Shown one piece after another: positions 16,051 to 33,050 of a stretch of 64,000 nt of DNA. A program made the position numbers and the translations under genes. The DNA comes from the human T2T-CHM13v2.0 reference genome, Homo sapiens, in NCBI RefSeq assembly GCF_009914755.1, contig NC_060927.1; one strand, given 5' to 3'. Below the pieces are notes generated by a model. That model worked only from the letters and a program-made list of their open reading frames with translations, ran no database searches and was not told where the DNA came from. The number at the start of each line of letters is the position of its first letter. Position 1 is the first letter of the stretch.

Positions 16051-16185
<135 letters not shown>

Positions 16186-16466
16186 TTATCAAACAGCGGC
16201 CAAGGGCCAATGGCTCTACAAGAACTTTTTCCCATTCTCATTTGGAGTGAGAGGCCTGGGGGAGTTGAATCATGTCTCTGGGATTTTTGCCTTGAGGTCT
16301 AGCTCGGGGCCTGGGTGGAAGGAGGTGGTTGCCCTGCTCTTAGCACAGCATCTGTGAGGGAATCCCCCTTGCTACGATGCAGCCTACCAACAAAAATGTC
16401 CTGTATCTGTGAAGCCACTGGCCAGATGTGGCTATTGAGCTCTTGAAATGTAGTTACTGTGACTGA

Positions 16467-16771
<305 letters not shown>

Positions 16772-18232
16772 TGAGTAACTGCATTTTAAGTTTACTTATA
16801 ATGACTTTACATTTGAACAGCAGCCTGTGAATGGGGGCTACCATATTGGACAGTGCAGTTTATACCTCTGTAGGCCCGGATGATCATCCGAGACAGGGCA
16901 TTAAACCTTACAGGCACAGTCACAGGCGTCCCTCTGAGGCTTCTGGGGAATAGCTGTGTAACCACAGTGAGCGTGGGGGAGCCCTGGGCTCTACTCGATC
17001 CTGTACTCCATATCTGATCGTCTACATTGATTTGTCTCTGTGGAGCCATGAAGAGCCAACTCTCTGGCAGAGGCCTGTCAGGGGTCTTCCTTCCTTCAGG
17101 GAGAGGGGCACTGCACACAGACACATACATGGAGTGGGGTCCTGGCCAAGCCTAAATGGGCTTAGAGTCTGGGGGAAACTGGGGGAGACTACAGGTCTGT
17201 AGTTCTCCCAGCCTGGTTGAACATGCTAATATCTGAGTGTTAGGGAGACCCCCTTGGAAGAGAGAGCACAGAGAAGGCAATGGAGAGACAGGCATGGCTC
17301 CCCAGCCCTGCCAAGGGCCCAGGTCCGAGTCTACAAGAGAAAATGGGATGGGAGCAAAAGCTGAAGGGACTGGACTCAAGGACAGAAGAGATCGGAAGCA
17401 CCAGTAGATCCACTCTGGAACCCAGTGAAGAGCAGGGCATGGCCTAGGTAAAAAGGAACGGCCTCCCCATTTTCCTGAGAACGTTGTACAACTCTGGTTC
17501 TGTAAGGACTGGGGAGACATGTACCTTCTGCACCTTGGAAGGAGCCCAGTGGTTAGAATCTGGGCATGGAATCAGCACCTCATGGGGCGGTGGCCCTCAG
17601 TTGGCTTGGCAGGCGCCAGTGTGGAGCCAGGACACTAGAATACTTGTCCTGAACAACATAAATAGCCACTGAGGACTCTCAGAAATAACTAGAGGGGTCC
17701 TTGGAGGGAGTATTTTCTTGGAGGGGCCATGAGCTTGCAAAATTAGATATTAAGGCTGATTTGATCTCACTTGCAGTCACAGGCATGCCTGAGGGATGGG
17801 CAGGGTGTTCCAGGGAAGTCAGGTTAGGTAGACATGTCGATTCTTGGAAATGCCCTGAGACCTTTACTCTCCACTGGGCTTCCCACCTAGGCCCACAGCC
17901 CAGGAGACTATGTAGTCATGGTGACCACTGGGTTTGGGGGCTGCTCATGCAGGGCAGCAGCTGAGCTCAGAGACCGCAGCTCCCCTCTGGGCCTTGGATG
18001 GAGCAGGTGGCTGTGGGTGCCGTGGCTCAGTCTCAGTGGCACGCAGGCAGTGCTGACCAAGAGGGCACGTGGTAGGCAGGGAGCACGTGTTGTGTCATTC
18101 ATCACCATACCTCAGTGTCTAGAAGGCACCACAAAGTGGAGAGGCACTCAAAATATTTGTGAAGGAAAGAAGGAAAGCAAAGAGGAGGGAGGGAGAAAGA
18201 AGGGGGAGAGGGAGGGAGGGGAGTCATCCCTA

Positions 18233-18445
<213 letters not shown>

Positions 18446-19056
18446 TTAAAGAACTGACCTCCATTAAGCTTCACACTCCTCCAGGGACTGCCCACAGGCT
18501 CTGGTCCCACAGCGATGTGCCATGGGACAAGAAGAAGGAGACCCTGGCTCCGGCCCCGCCTCACAACTTACTAGCTGAGGGGTGGGGAGACTCCAGGTTG
18601 TTATCTGCAAAACTGGGACACTGACATGACCTCCACCTCATAAAGCCAGTGTGGGGGTCCCAGGAGTGAGGGTTGGAAGACTGCTGAGCCCCAGTGAGGG
18701 TGCATGGTGACTCTCATCTGTCAACAGAGAGCTTCTGCGTGACACTGGTGAGCCCAGCCTTGTGTCCCTGGGGAGCCACATGATCTTCAGCAAAGACCTC
18801 TGCTCTCACACGATGGGAGGGTGCTGGAGTATGGATCCCAGCGTTGTTTTCACAGGGCAGGGACAGTCCATTAGTTCCTTCCTACTGTGAGAGCTCCTAT
18901 TTGACACTGTGCACCAGAGGCAGAAGGGACTCTGGGCAGGGCCAGCCTTCTAGGGGATGCCATCCCTGGAGCTGTCGGGAGACAGTTCGGCCACACTGAG
19001 ACAGTCAGCAGCATCTCCCGCCACCCACTCTGCCCTGTCATCCTTCCCCTGAACTG

Positions 19057-19363
19057 TTTTTTTTTTTTTTTGAGACAGGGTCTCGCTCTGTTTCCCAGCC
19101 TGGAGTGCAGTGGTGCAATCGCAGTTCACTGCAGCCTTGAACCCCTGGGCTCAAATCATCCTCCCACCTCACCCTCCTAAGCAGCTGGGACTACAAGTGC
19201 GCACCACCAGGCCTGGCTAATTTTTTTAATTTTTATTTTTTTTTGTAGAGATTGGGTCTTGCTCTGTTGCCCAGGCTGGTCTTGAACTCCTGGGCTCAAG
19301 TGATCCTCCAACCTCAGCTTCCCAAAGTGTTGAGATTACAGGCATGAGCCACTGTGCCCAGCC
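19057..19363 (-). mobile_element. AluJ
   Basis: Full dimer. Confidence 0.92.
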
Positions 19364-20291
19364 TCCCCTGAGCTTCTTGAGAGCAAGGACCATGACTTTG
19401 CATCCACACATCCAGCCCTGAGCCCCAGCCTGGATCTTTAGAGCAGGGGCTTAAACCACAAGCCCTAAATGAATTCAGTGAATGGTGGTTGAACCCTTAC
19501 TATATCCAGATAATCTCTGCACATGTTAGCTCACAGGATCTCTAGGGACTTGAGCAGCCAGCACATCATACCCATTTTACAGGCAAGGAAAGTGAGGCTC
19601 AGAGCTGTAAATTGCCCCCCATTACCCCACCCACCATGTGGCCTCTGCCTTGAGCCTGAGGGTGGTTGGTGTTTCTCAGGGCCTGCATTCAACCTCTGTT
19701 GACTCTAAAGCTCCTGCTTTCCATCACACCTCCTGGTTTTGTTACTTGATTAAAAACAAAAACAAAAACAAACAAAAGCAAGCCCTCCAGAGCCTGCTGC
19801 CTACCAGTTAAGGCAGCAGCCCACGAGGCTGACAGCAGCTCTGGCTGGCCCAGTTTCCCCTACGGAGGGCTTTGCTACTAGAGCTCTACCTGGTAAATGA
19901 GCCCTCATTCAGATTCTTGGCCTCTCCCTTTTGCCTTTCACTACTCCATGCAAAGTGAGAGCCCATCACCTTTATCTTCTGCACCTGTAACATGGGTTTT
20001 GCTAAGATGTAGGACTGGGAGGACCTGGTGGCTACATTTTGAGATAAAGAAGGCCTAACTGGGGGCAGGATCCTTGACATCCGCCCCTGGTGAGGTGCTT
20101 GGGTGGTGGAAGAGTTAATATTTGGGCTGAAACTGGGGCAGCAGGGACTGGGGTGGGTGGCACAAGGTGGCCTGGGTATACCCTTCTCTGGCTCTAGAAA
20201 GGTCCCAAAGCACCACAGCTGGTGTCCAGGGCTGGCCCTGAGTCCCACCCCCCTGCTGTTCAGGCCTCAGGTCCTCCTGGTCTGGGCCTCA

Positions 20292-20678
<387 letters not shown>

Positions 20679-20731
20679 TCAGGGTGGGGGAATGGAGGGC
20701 TGCTCAGAGAGAGTTTGAGGGAGGATGCTCA

Positions 20732-21148
<417 letters not shown>

Positions 21149-21211
21149 TCACCTTCTCAATCAAGTTCCTAATGTCTGAGTTTGAAACTAAAATATTCAC
21201 TCGGATTTAAC

Positions 21212-21513
<302 letters not shown>

Positions 21514-21953
21514 TCGGATTTAACATTTTTAAATATTTAAAACGTTCCCAAGACTTAAGTTAAAAGGCAATGTCATATAGTCAAGTAATTTGACATCTGG
21601 AAGTGATTCTTAAAATTATCCTACTCAAAGATATTCTTTACAGCATTATTTACATTAGTAAAAAGCTTGGGGGTGGCCAATAAGCAATAGGTTGGTTAAA
21701 CACCAACACTGGTTAAGTAAATTGTAGCACAGCCACACTAGATGGATGATTATGATGAACAGATGTCCAAGGTTTACTTCAAAATAATACAACAGAGAAT
21801 GGGCAGGAGTGAGTAGGCATAAAGAGAAAACAAGGACACAGGCTCGCCATGAGTTGATCATTATTAAAGTTGGGTGAAGGGTACACAGGGGTTCATTACA
21901 CTATTTGTTCTGCTTTTATATGTATTTGAAATTTTCCCTAATAAAAAGTTTAA

Positions 21954-22313
<360 letters not shown>

Positions 22314-22438
22314 AAAAGTACATTTTTATACAATATAATCTCAACCATATAAAAGTTAGATTTTAATAAGACAAAGAAAATACCCCAAAATGGACTCACA
22401 ATCAAATGGACAATTTGGTTTTCCTCTTGATTTTCTCA

Positions 22439-22891
<453 letters not shown>

Positions 22892-23241
22892 CTAAGGTAA
22901 GAAAAATAGCTGGTAGGCGATAGTTTCCCCCTCCTTCCTGCCTTGAAGACAGGCAAGATGTCTGGTGTTGCAGCAGCCGTGTTGCAACCAGGAAGTCACA
23001 AGCATGAGAAGATAAGCCAACATGCAGGAAAGACGAAAGGCTCATGGGGCCTGGGGCCCTGACAGTGACAGTCAGAGGCTGAATCAAAGCCAGCTACTGC
23101 CTGCCTCTGGATTTCTTTATTGGAGAAAAACAATGTCCTATTTGTTTAGACCATTATTAACAGAGGGCTTCTTGCCGACAAACATATTATTGACTGTTAA
23201 CTTTTATTGTTTTAAAAAACTTTTGTTTTTCTTATATATAG

Positions 23242-23544
<303 letters not shown>

Positions 23545-23875
23545 TAGGATCTTTACAGAGGAATTTCTGGATGTGGGTTTCTTTCATTTCTTCTGGAAGA
23601 AAATAGAACATTAGTATATGCTCTGCCCATTTACCCTCCCCTGGTGCTGAAGAAGTGAGGACATGTCTTGAAAAGATATGATCAGAAAGTGTACTCCCTA
23701 GCAATGTGGAAGAACTGTGAGGGTAGTACCTTGGTTTTTAAAGGCTCTGATACCCAGGATACACCTCAGACCAATTCCATCAAGATTTCTGAAAACTGAA
23801 CTGAACCTAGGCAGCATCCACATTTTTATTTATTTATTAAAAAAAATTTTTTTACCACTTTAGCATAAGGCATCC

Positions 23876-24175
23876 TTTTTTTTTTTTTTTTTGGAGACGG
23901 AGCCTCACTCTGTCGCCCAGGGTGAAGTGCAGTGGTGTAATCTCAGCTCACTGCAACCTCCGCCTCTCAGGTTCAAGTGATTCTCCTGCCTCAACCTCCT
24001 GAGTAGCTGGGACTACAGGCACGTGCCATCATGTTTGGCTAATTTTTGTGTTTTTAGTAGAGACAGGGTTTCACTCTGTTGGCCAGGCTGGTCTCGAACT
24101 CCTGACCTCAAGTGATCCATCTCCCTTGGCCTCCCAAAGTGCTGGGATTACAGGTGTGAGCTGCCGCGCCTGGTC
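23876..24175 (-). mobile_element. AluS
   Basis: Full dimer inside a MER5-like relic. Confidence 0.93.
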
Positions 24176-24190
24176 AGGCACCCATATTTT

Positions 24191-24275
24191 ATTATTATTA
24201 TTATTATTATTATACTTTAAGTTTTAGGGTACATGTGCACAATGTGCAGGTTAGTTACATATGTATACATGTGCT
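24191..24275 (-). mobile_element. Young, heavily 5'-truncated L1PA 3' end with (TAA)n tail
   Basis: tatactttaagttttagggtacatgtgcacaatgtgcaggttagttacatatgtatacatgtgc; TSD aggca(c/t)ccatatttt 24176-24190 and 24276-24290. Confidence 0.92.
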
Positions 24276-26397
24276 AGGCATCCATATTTTTAAAAGCTCT
24301 CAAGATGATTCCAATTTGCCCCAAGGTTGAGAACTGGGCCATTCCCCTGCCAGATCATCCTCCCTTCATCCTCCATCCCTCCCCAGCTGCCTCTCAACTC
24401 CCTTCTGATCTGGGTTCAAACATCACTTCTTGAAGGAAGACTTTTTGAATCCTCAGACTCTGTCATGTATACCTGGGATACAATTTCATGGTTTCCTATG
24501 CCTTTCTTCACAGCACTTCTCTTTGTGATTCTATATATTGTGAGATTATTCCATCAAGGTTGATCTCCAGTAGAATGTCGCTCCACAAGGACAGGGCTAG
24601 TGCCTGTTTTCATCCACCAGGGCTTACACAAAGTAGGGGCATGGAAAGTGTTTGATGATCGAATGAATGAATGCCGACTAATTGGAGAGAAAAAGTCTTC
24701 GGAAGAGGGTAAAAGTCACATTCTGGCTGGCAGAAAAGCACCAGAACAAAAGCCATCTAACAGGAAGTGAGGAAAGAGAAAAAAAGATGGGGACTGAGAA
24801 GAGAAATAGGTAAGGATCCCTTCTTCTGGGAAAATAGCGAGGGGTGGGTTTGGAGGCCAGCCAGTCATTGGTGTCAGGCAGTATGACATCTGGGGCAGCC
24901 AGGGGCTGGGAACACAGTTCACAGATCCAGAAGGGCAGGAAATAAAATGACCCCAGGGGAGAGATCTGGCCAGGACCCCAGGGAAAACACTGCAGTCGGA
25001 GGAGACTGAACTTTCCTGAGCGGGTTGACAGGTATTCGTACAATCAGAATGCTGACAGCATGAGGGGAAGGGCACTGTGCCAATATCTTATCCTAAGTTA
25101 TGGTTGTTTGTTCTAACAAGAAATACAAATATAATTCTGTAGGAAGAGCTCCAGTCTGTGTTCTGATATTTTCAGAAGAGCCCAGAGAGACAGGGAATCC
25201 ACCAGGCTAGGAATATTCTGGGTAATTAAGCACTTGGGGAAATTGAAGTGGAAAAGCTCTGTGACCAAGAATATGAGGGTGGCATTGGAACAGCCTTCCA
25301 GAAGGCTCTGTGACCCCAACAACTCCTCCAGAACCATGGCCTGAGAGACAGTCAGGAGTTTGTCCCATTAGCTGCTGATGAATGGTGAGGCTGAGATTTG
25401 AATTCATGTTTTACTTAACACTATGCTGTTCAAAAGACAAATGTCCAAGAATACTGATGCTCTCAGGAAGCTGGCAATTCCCAGGTACCACGTTGATTCA
25501 CTTATACTCTGTCTGGGTACAGGAAGGACTCAGCCAAATTTGTAATTTGATTATTGCAAATTACATCCTAAAGGCATTTTGCCTTTATTCCCCCCCCGAC
25601 CTCTTAGCCCCTCTTACCCTCTAACTCAGATAAGTACAAAGCTCTCACCCTTTCCACCTCCCCCAGCACCATCTGGTCCCACAGAGCTGGGCACCAGAAA
25701 CCGAGGTCACCTCCCAACAGGATGTGGCAGGGAGCCTGCTGCCACCACTGCAGTTTCCCTGCAGCTTCCTCCCAGTTGCTGCAGGGCATCTGTTACCCCT
25801 GCCTGTTTTCTGCCAGGCTATACTAAAGGACTCAGCAACCTGAACTTCCCCACCCTGACCTCTGGGAGATCATGTCTCAGCTGGGTTTCATCGCCACCCC
25901 CTGCAGCCAGAGGACCTGGCTCTCCATCTTTTCCCAGGCAGGCTCCCACTTCCATTGGCTGCCTCAGTGGGAAAGGATCAGGAAAGGGGAATCTAGGAGA
26001 GGGCAGAGGAACCAGCACAACAACCTCTAGGGCCGCCTGGCTGACACTCACCCATTCTGGACCAGGGTGGCCCCCAGTCACTGCTGTGACCTTGCAGGCA
26101 TCACTTCTCTTTGAGGTTCAAGATTCTTTTCTCTAAGGGGAGGGTAGGACTAGACCAGGGGAGTTTTAACCTGTGGTCTACAGAGGCCAAGGCTATCTCA
26201 CGATGGCGCTGGGACAGGGGTTCTGGAACCCTGGGAAACAGGGTGCAAAACCTTGGATGTAGGTATATACAGTTTTTTCCCCCCCGAGAATGGGTTTGGG
26301 ACTTTCATCAGACTGTCAAAGGTAGTGTCAGGAACCAATTTGGGGGGCCTAGTCCAACTCTGGATGATTATCCAACTGGTCCCAGGCACAGGGATAA

Positions 26398-26733
<336 letters not shown>

Positions 26734-27702
26734 GAATATCTCTTTTTAACTCCTTCCTTGCCCTCTCTCCCCACCCCTCCAATATTTTCCAAAGAGCAGG
26801 ATTATTTATTGCCCCATCTTCTCTTTACCTTCTTCAGCCCGCTCACTCAGGAAGCCTCCTCAGAAAGGAAGTGGCTCAAAGGACGGAATGGGGGGCGGGG
26901 GCATCAATCCAAAGAGATGGTCCCACCCTGCTTGGCTCCTAAGGAGATGAACTGTGAACCCACAGAACCCCTGCCTGGGAGCCCCTGCAGGAAGCAGCCC
27001 TGTCCACCCACATACCAGGTGCCACTGGGGATGTGAAGCTGACTCAGCCGCCTACCTCGCCCTCAAGGATCTAGTGGGAAGATGAAACACATCTGCAGAA
27101 ACGTTACCAATGGAGAGGCCATAACAGAGAGGCAATGACCAGGGCTCAGGGGAGGGTGATCCATCCTGTTAGGGGCCAAGGAAGGCCTTACTGAAAAGAG
27201 AGCTTCAAAGGAACAGAGAATTTTGTTGGATGGACAGAAGGTGAGAGGAGTGCCATGTAAGGTCATGTGGACCCAGAGAGACCATAGGAATAGCTCCAGC
27301 TCCACAGACGGCAAGGTGTCCTCTGAAGGGTAGAGGGCAGGGCGTGATTGGGCAGAGGCTGGGGTAGTCAAGGGAGAGGGAGGTGGGCATACTGGGTGGA
27401 AGAGAGGGAGCTGGAAGGCCAGGGAGAAAAAGTATGACTCTGCGGGGCCTGCTAAGAGGACAGGATTGCAATACACCGAAGACAGACAAGACAAGAGAAA
27501 CAGCAGGCACCAAGAAGCTGCTGACAGCTCCAGCCTAGCCCTTCTCATCCATCCCCTAGCCCCAGGAGGGAACCAGACAAGTCAGGTGAGGGCTGGCCTT
27601 TACAAAGAGATAAACACAGTGAGACCATTAAGATCCCAGTCCGCTAAGGATCTCCTACACATCCCACATCCACCAATCCCATGCCCCTGGACTACTCCTC
27701 AG

Positions 27703-28048
27703 TTTTTTTTGGTTTTGTTTTTGTTTTTTTTTGTTGTTTTTGTTGTTTTTTGTTTTTTGTTTTTTTTGAGATGGAGTCTTGCTCTGTCACCCAGGCTGGA
27801 GTGCAGTGACTCGATCTTGGCTTACTGCAAGCTCCGCCTCCCGGGTTCATGCCATTCTCCTGCCTCAGCCTCCCATGTAGCTGGGACTACAGGCGCCCGC
27901 CACTACGCCCGGCTAATTTTTTGTATTTTTAGTAGAGACGGGGTTTCACTGTGTTAGCCAGGATGGTCTCGATCTCCTGACCTCATGATCTGCCCACCTC
28001 GGCCTTCCAAAGTGCTGGGATTACAGGTGTGAGCCACCGCGCCTGGCC
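27703..28048 (-). mobile_element. AluY
   Basis: gcaagctccgcc and gttagccaggatggtctcgatc diagnostics; TSD tactcctcagtttt. Confidence 0.94.
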
Positions 28049-29298
28049 TACTCCTCAGTTTTGTGAGCCCCTAGGTACCCCAGGGGCCAAGAGAGTCCCT
28101 TCTGAAGGCACAACTCAGGGCAAGCTCTCAGTCTCTGCGGTTGGTAGCTCATAGTTATGGGGCTCCAGGGGGACATCATGCCTTCCAGAACCAAGGAGGA
28201 AGAGGACTAGTTGAAAGGACCCCCATTCAGATCATCCAGCCAATTCCAGAAATGAATTATGGAGTGTGGGCACATGGCCTGGGCTGCATCTCAAATCTGA
28301 TTCCCCTAACAACATGGAAACAGGCGCAGCAAACATAAGTTATTACCCATACTAATCAGTGTTTGTTCTCCCAGTATTTCCTTCCTCCTCTCCCTATTTC
28401 AAGGAGGTAGCAAGAGTTTGTGCTTTCTTGCCCTTGCTAAAAGCAGGTACTATTGGAAACAAACTTTTCTTTCTGCCTTCTGTTCTCTGAAGGACAAAGC
28501 TCCTAATTGGGGTGCTGGTATATGAGGAGTATGAGGAAGGAGGGGGTCAGGGATGGAAGAGGAGAGACCTCCCTAGACATGGACAGGAGAGGGACCCCTT
28601 GTATCCTGAGAAAGAGACAGGTCTCAGAAAGAATGGTTGTGGGGTGCTCCTTGGAAAGTTGAACTGTGGGGACCAGGACTCCCAGCCTTGAAAATGTTCT
28701 GATACCCACGTATGGCATGAGAACAGCAGCCACCAGGTATCTGTGGACCACAGGGACTTGGACAACAAGTCTATTTCTATTTCTACTCTATTTCAGAGGT
28801 GAATGGAGTAGACCAAAGGTTGGAGGGACCTTCCCTGACATTTTTCTGCCATAATTCACCAGGATCTTTGCCCAACCTATTTGTGGTTGTTGGAGGAGTA
28901 GTGAAAATCCTAATAATGCCTGAATTAATTTATTTGGCATCCTAGTAGGTTGGACTCTCAGAGCCAGATTTAACTTAGTTTAAAGGATCTAACAAAATAT
29001 GACATTTCTTGCCCATCCCATGATGTGGTTGCAAATATAGTTCCATAAACACAGGAGGAGGGGGAATACACTGTGGAATTGTAAATGTCTTCATTTTCTT
29101 AAGAAAAAAGTTGGAATAAAAATTGTTTGGATTCCTTTTGTATAACTGAAGACAGAAAATGTTGCAGTCAACAAATGATCTTCTTGATACTGTCTTTATA
29201 CAGTTGATGTGCTGTGAAAGCCCCTACCATGAGCTGACAAGGGAACGAAATAAAGGGCTTAGCTAATAAAATTGAATGAGGTAAAAGAGGAAGCAGCA

Positions 29299-29606
<308 letters not shown>

Positions 29607-29624
29607 CTATGCCCTTCTCAATAA

Positions 29625-29970
<346 letters not shown>

Positions 29971-30015
29971 AACTTTTTATTTTTTTATTTTATTTTAGTA
30001 ATTTCTTTCTACATC

Positions 30016-30307
30016 TTTTTTTTTTTTTTTTTTGGAGACAGAGTTTCGAGATGGCACAATTTCAGCTCACTGCAACCTCCGCCTCCCAGGTTCAAGTGAT
30101 TCTTCTGCCTCAGCCTCAGAGTAGCTGGGATTACAGCCGCGTGCCACCATGCCAGGCTAATTTTTGTATTTTTGTATTTTAGCAAAAACAGAACGGTTTT
30201 TGCCATGGTTGACCAGGCTGGTTTCAAACTCCTGACCTCAAGTGATCTGCCCGTCTCGGCCTCCCAAAGTGCTGAAATAACAGGCGTGAGCCACCCATGC
30301 CTAGCCT
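30016..30307 (-). mobile_element. AluS with internal deletion
   Basis: Dimer lacking ~20 nt near its 3' end. Confidence 0.9.
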
Positions 30308-30741
30308 CTTTCTCTAGCTATTGCAAACAAATAAGGACTCTTTTATAACACTGTAAATTGGAAAAAACCTGCAATGTCACCTTTACTTCTAGGTTTAAGA
30401 GAATTGCTTGGAGCCATGACACTTTTATCTAGAAAAAGGTATTAGTTGATGAAATATGTTCCTGTTATTTTTCACTTAAGGTATAAATGACATCATTAAT
30501 GTGCTTTTTTTCTGTCCTCTATTTGTTCTCCAGAATGCTAAAACAAATTCAGAATGGCATTTATCTCTCTTGCATAAAAGTTGAATGAGCTAAATCGTGG
30601 AGAAATTACAAAGATATTGGAGTGTCTCTGGTAGTTTCTAACTTGAAACACAAGACATCTCTGCTGGCATCTCCTTGTGCCCTCTCTGGGAGGCTGGCCA
30701 GTACTCCAACAGTGGATCAAGTGAAGCAGTGTAGCTCTTAC

Positions 30742-30838
30742 CTGCAGGTGGGGGGCCTGGGGGCCCCGGACGGCCAGGTTGACCAGAAGGCCCAGGCTTG
30801 CCTGGTGGGCCCATAACTCCACTATCCCCTTTCTGTCC
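30742..30838 (-). CDS. COLQ: COLQ exon 12 ([32 protein letters not shown])
   Basis: cag|GGA ... G|gtaaga; 97 nt Gly-X-Y. Confidence 0.97.
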
Positions 30839-32173
30839 CTGACAGAGAGAAAGGCAGAGCCTGTTATGAAAGCATGACATAGCAAGCTTCCCGCCCCATT
30901 TATCACCAAATCAGAGATCACCTTGCACTTAAGGAGCAAGAGCCCAGTGGGGGATGCAGCTCCAGAGGTCTTGACCATCGAGCTCTTAATAAGCTTAGGG
31001 CAAGTGACATTTGAGATAGTGATGGCTACAAATTTGTAGACCTTAGTTCTTGCTCTGTCCTACAAATGTGGCACATGGCAGCTGAAAGGAACCAGTCAAA
31101 TCTACTCTAGGCCCTGGGCAGATGAGGAAATGGAGGCCTAGAAATGAGCTATTTTCACTCATTGGCTTCCCGTTGCACTCAGGATAAAGACTTAGCTCTT
31201 TACTGCAGCCTGCGAAGCCTTGCATGGCTAGGCTTTCCAGCTTCATTCCAGCCTTTTGGCCTTTTTGGTCTTCAAGGGCACCATGTCTATTATCCCCCTT
31301 CTCAAGACCCTTCTCTCTGCCCCAAAATCTCTTCCTTCCCCCTAGCCTAGTTAACTGTCACTCACCCTTTGGCTCTCAGCTCAAATGCCCTATGGCAAAG
31401 CCTTCCCTGACCTTCCTGGATGGAGTCAGTTCACCCCACCATAAGCTCTCATAACTCAGCCTGTTTCCTTCATGGCATTTATCCCAGATCATAGCATATG
31501 GATTATTTGTGTGGTCATTTCATTGATGTCTCCCCATGAGACATACACTCCCTATGGGCTGGAATCTGTCTAGCTCACCTCCTTTCCCCAGATGAAATGA
31601 GGGAGGACAAAGATGCTAGAAACACAATGGTAGGCAGCTTTGCTGATCTGTAAATCCAGAGGTTTCACCTTGACCTTGAGACTCCAGGTAACTCATGTCA
31701 TTGCTTTGTACCTCAGTTTTGTCATCTTTAAAATGAGGCCAGTAAATTTACACCCACATAGGTCTGTGAAACTAACAAAGATCTCAGATGTGAAAATGTG
31801 GTTTGTACAGAACGAAGAGCTATGTGGGGCAAGCCAATTATCACAGCAACTGGCTTGGTTCCATCTGTTTCACGTAGTTAAGTCTTGGTTTATTAAAAAG
31901 GGCACATCTGTGGCTATAGCCGTTCCGCATGGAGTGTCCTCTTTTCTGCCTATTCTGGGAGTATCAAGAGCAAAGACTGGGCTCTTTGTTCTCCCTCAGG
32001 GTTGCTCTTAGGAGTCACCCCGAAACCAAGGCTGGTGCATGCTATTGACTCTTCCCCTGAGCAATTTGCTAATTGTCTGCTCTTGCCTCAGGCCTAATCA
32101 GAGCAGTGATCGACACTTGCCATTTTTGACCTGGTTCTTCTTACTACACTTGCGCCTTGGCAGGCTTGCCCAC

Positions 32174-32315
32174 CTGATGAAATGTAATCTTCCTCAAATC
32201 TGGGGAGCAGGCAGGCTTGGGACTCGTTTCCAGCCACAACGGTGACAGGTGACCGGCTGCCTTGTCCACATGGCACTGGGGGCCGTCTTGGTAATGTGCA
32301 AGGAGTTCTTGAACT
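32174..32315 (-). CDS. COLQ: COLQ alternative cassette exon 11A (frameshifting)
   Basis: ttcag|AGT ... TCAG|gtgggc; 142 nt, open in the exon-11 frame (SSRTPCTLPRRPPVPCGQGSRSPVTVVAGNESQACLLPRFEEDYISS); joined to exon 12 gives GTERG*; matches my recollection of the described 11A variant. Confidence 0.82.
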
Positions 32316-32727
32316 CTGAATATGGGATCCGTGAGGTCAGAGTTTATTTCTGATTCCATGTTTATGGAGGGAGTTCTTAAGCCTCAGCCTAGCTGAAGCA
32401 TTCCCTGCAGTAACCAAGCTGGGTCTCAGGATGGCAAAGGAAGTCACACATCTTAATATAGCCACAGTTCAGTCTTGTTTTTCTAACGGCCATGTCAGCT
32501 GGCTCTGAGCAAAGGAAGTGCCAAAGCTTGAAGGAGCTGGAAATGCTCCTTCATTCTGACACCAGCAGTAATGGAATATTCCGCTTATCGGCCATCGCTC
32601 AGAATGAGCCACGTCTCTATCAGCAGGACTCACTGAGTAGAGCTTTCCAGGAAAGGCATTCTTTATTCCTTATTTGCCACAAAGTTGGGTGATCTCTCTC
32701 AAGGAAATTGTTTCTCAGTTACTGAAG

Positions 32728-33050
<323 letters not shown>

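Noticed and set aside
25818-26081. ORF containing collagen-like GKDGEPGP in intron 12
   Set aside because: Only three Gly-X-Y triplets, no AG acceptor directly before them, and the COLQ frame is complete without it.
27063-27548. 161-aa ORF with a signal-peptide-like start
   Set aside because: Product of pyrimidine-rich low-complexity intron sequence; no recognisable domain or gene structure.
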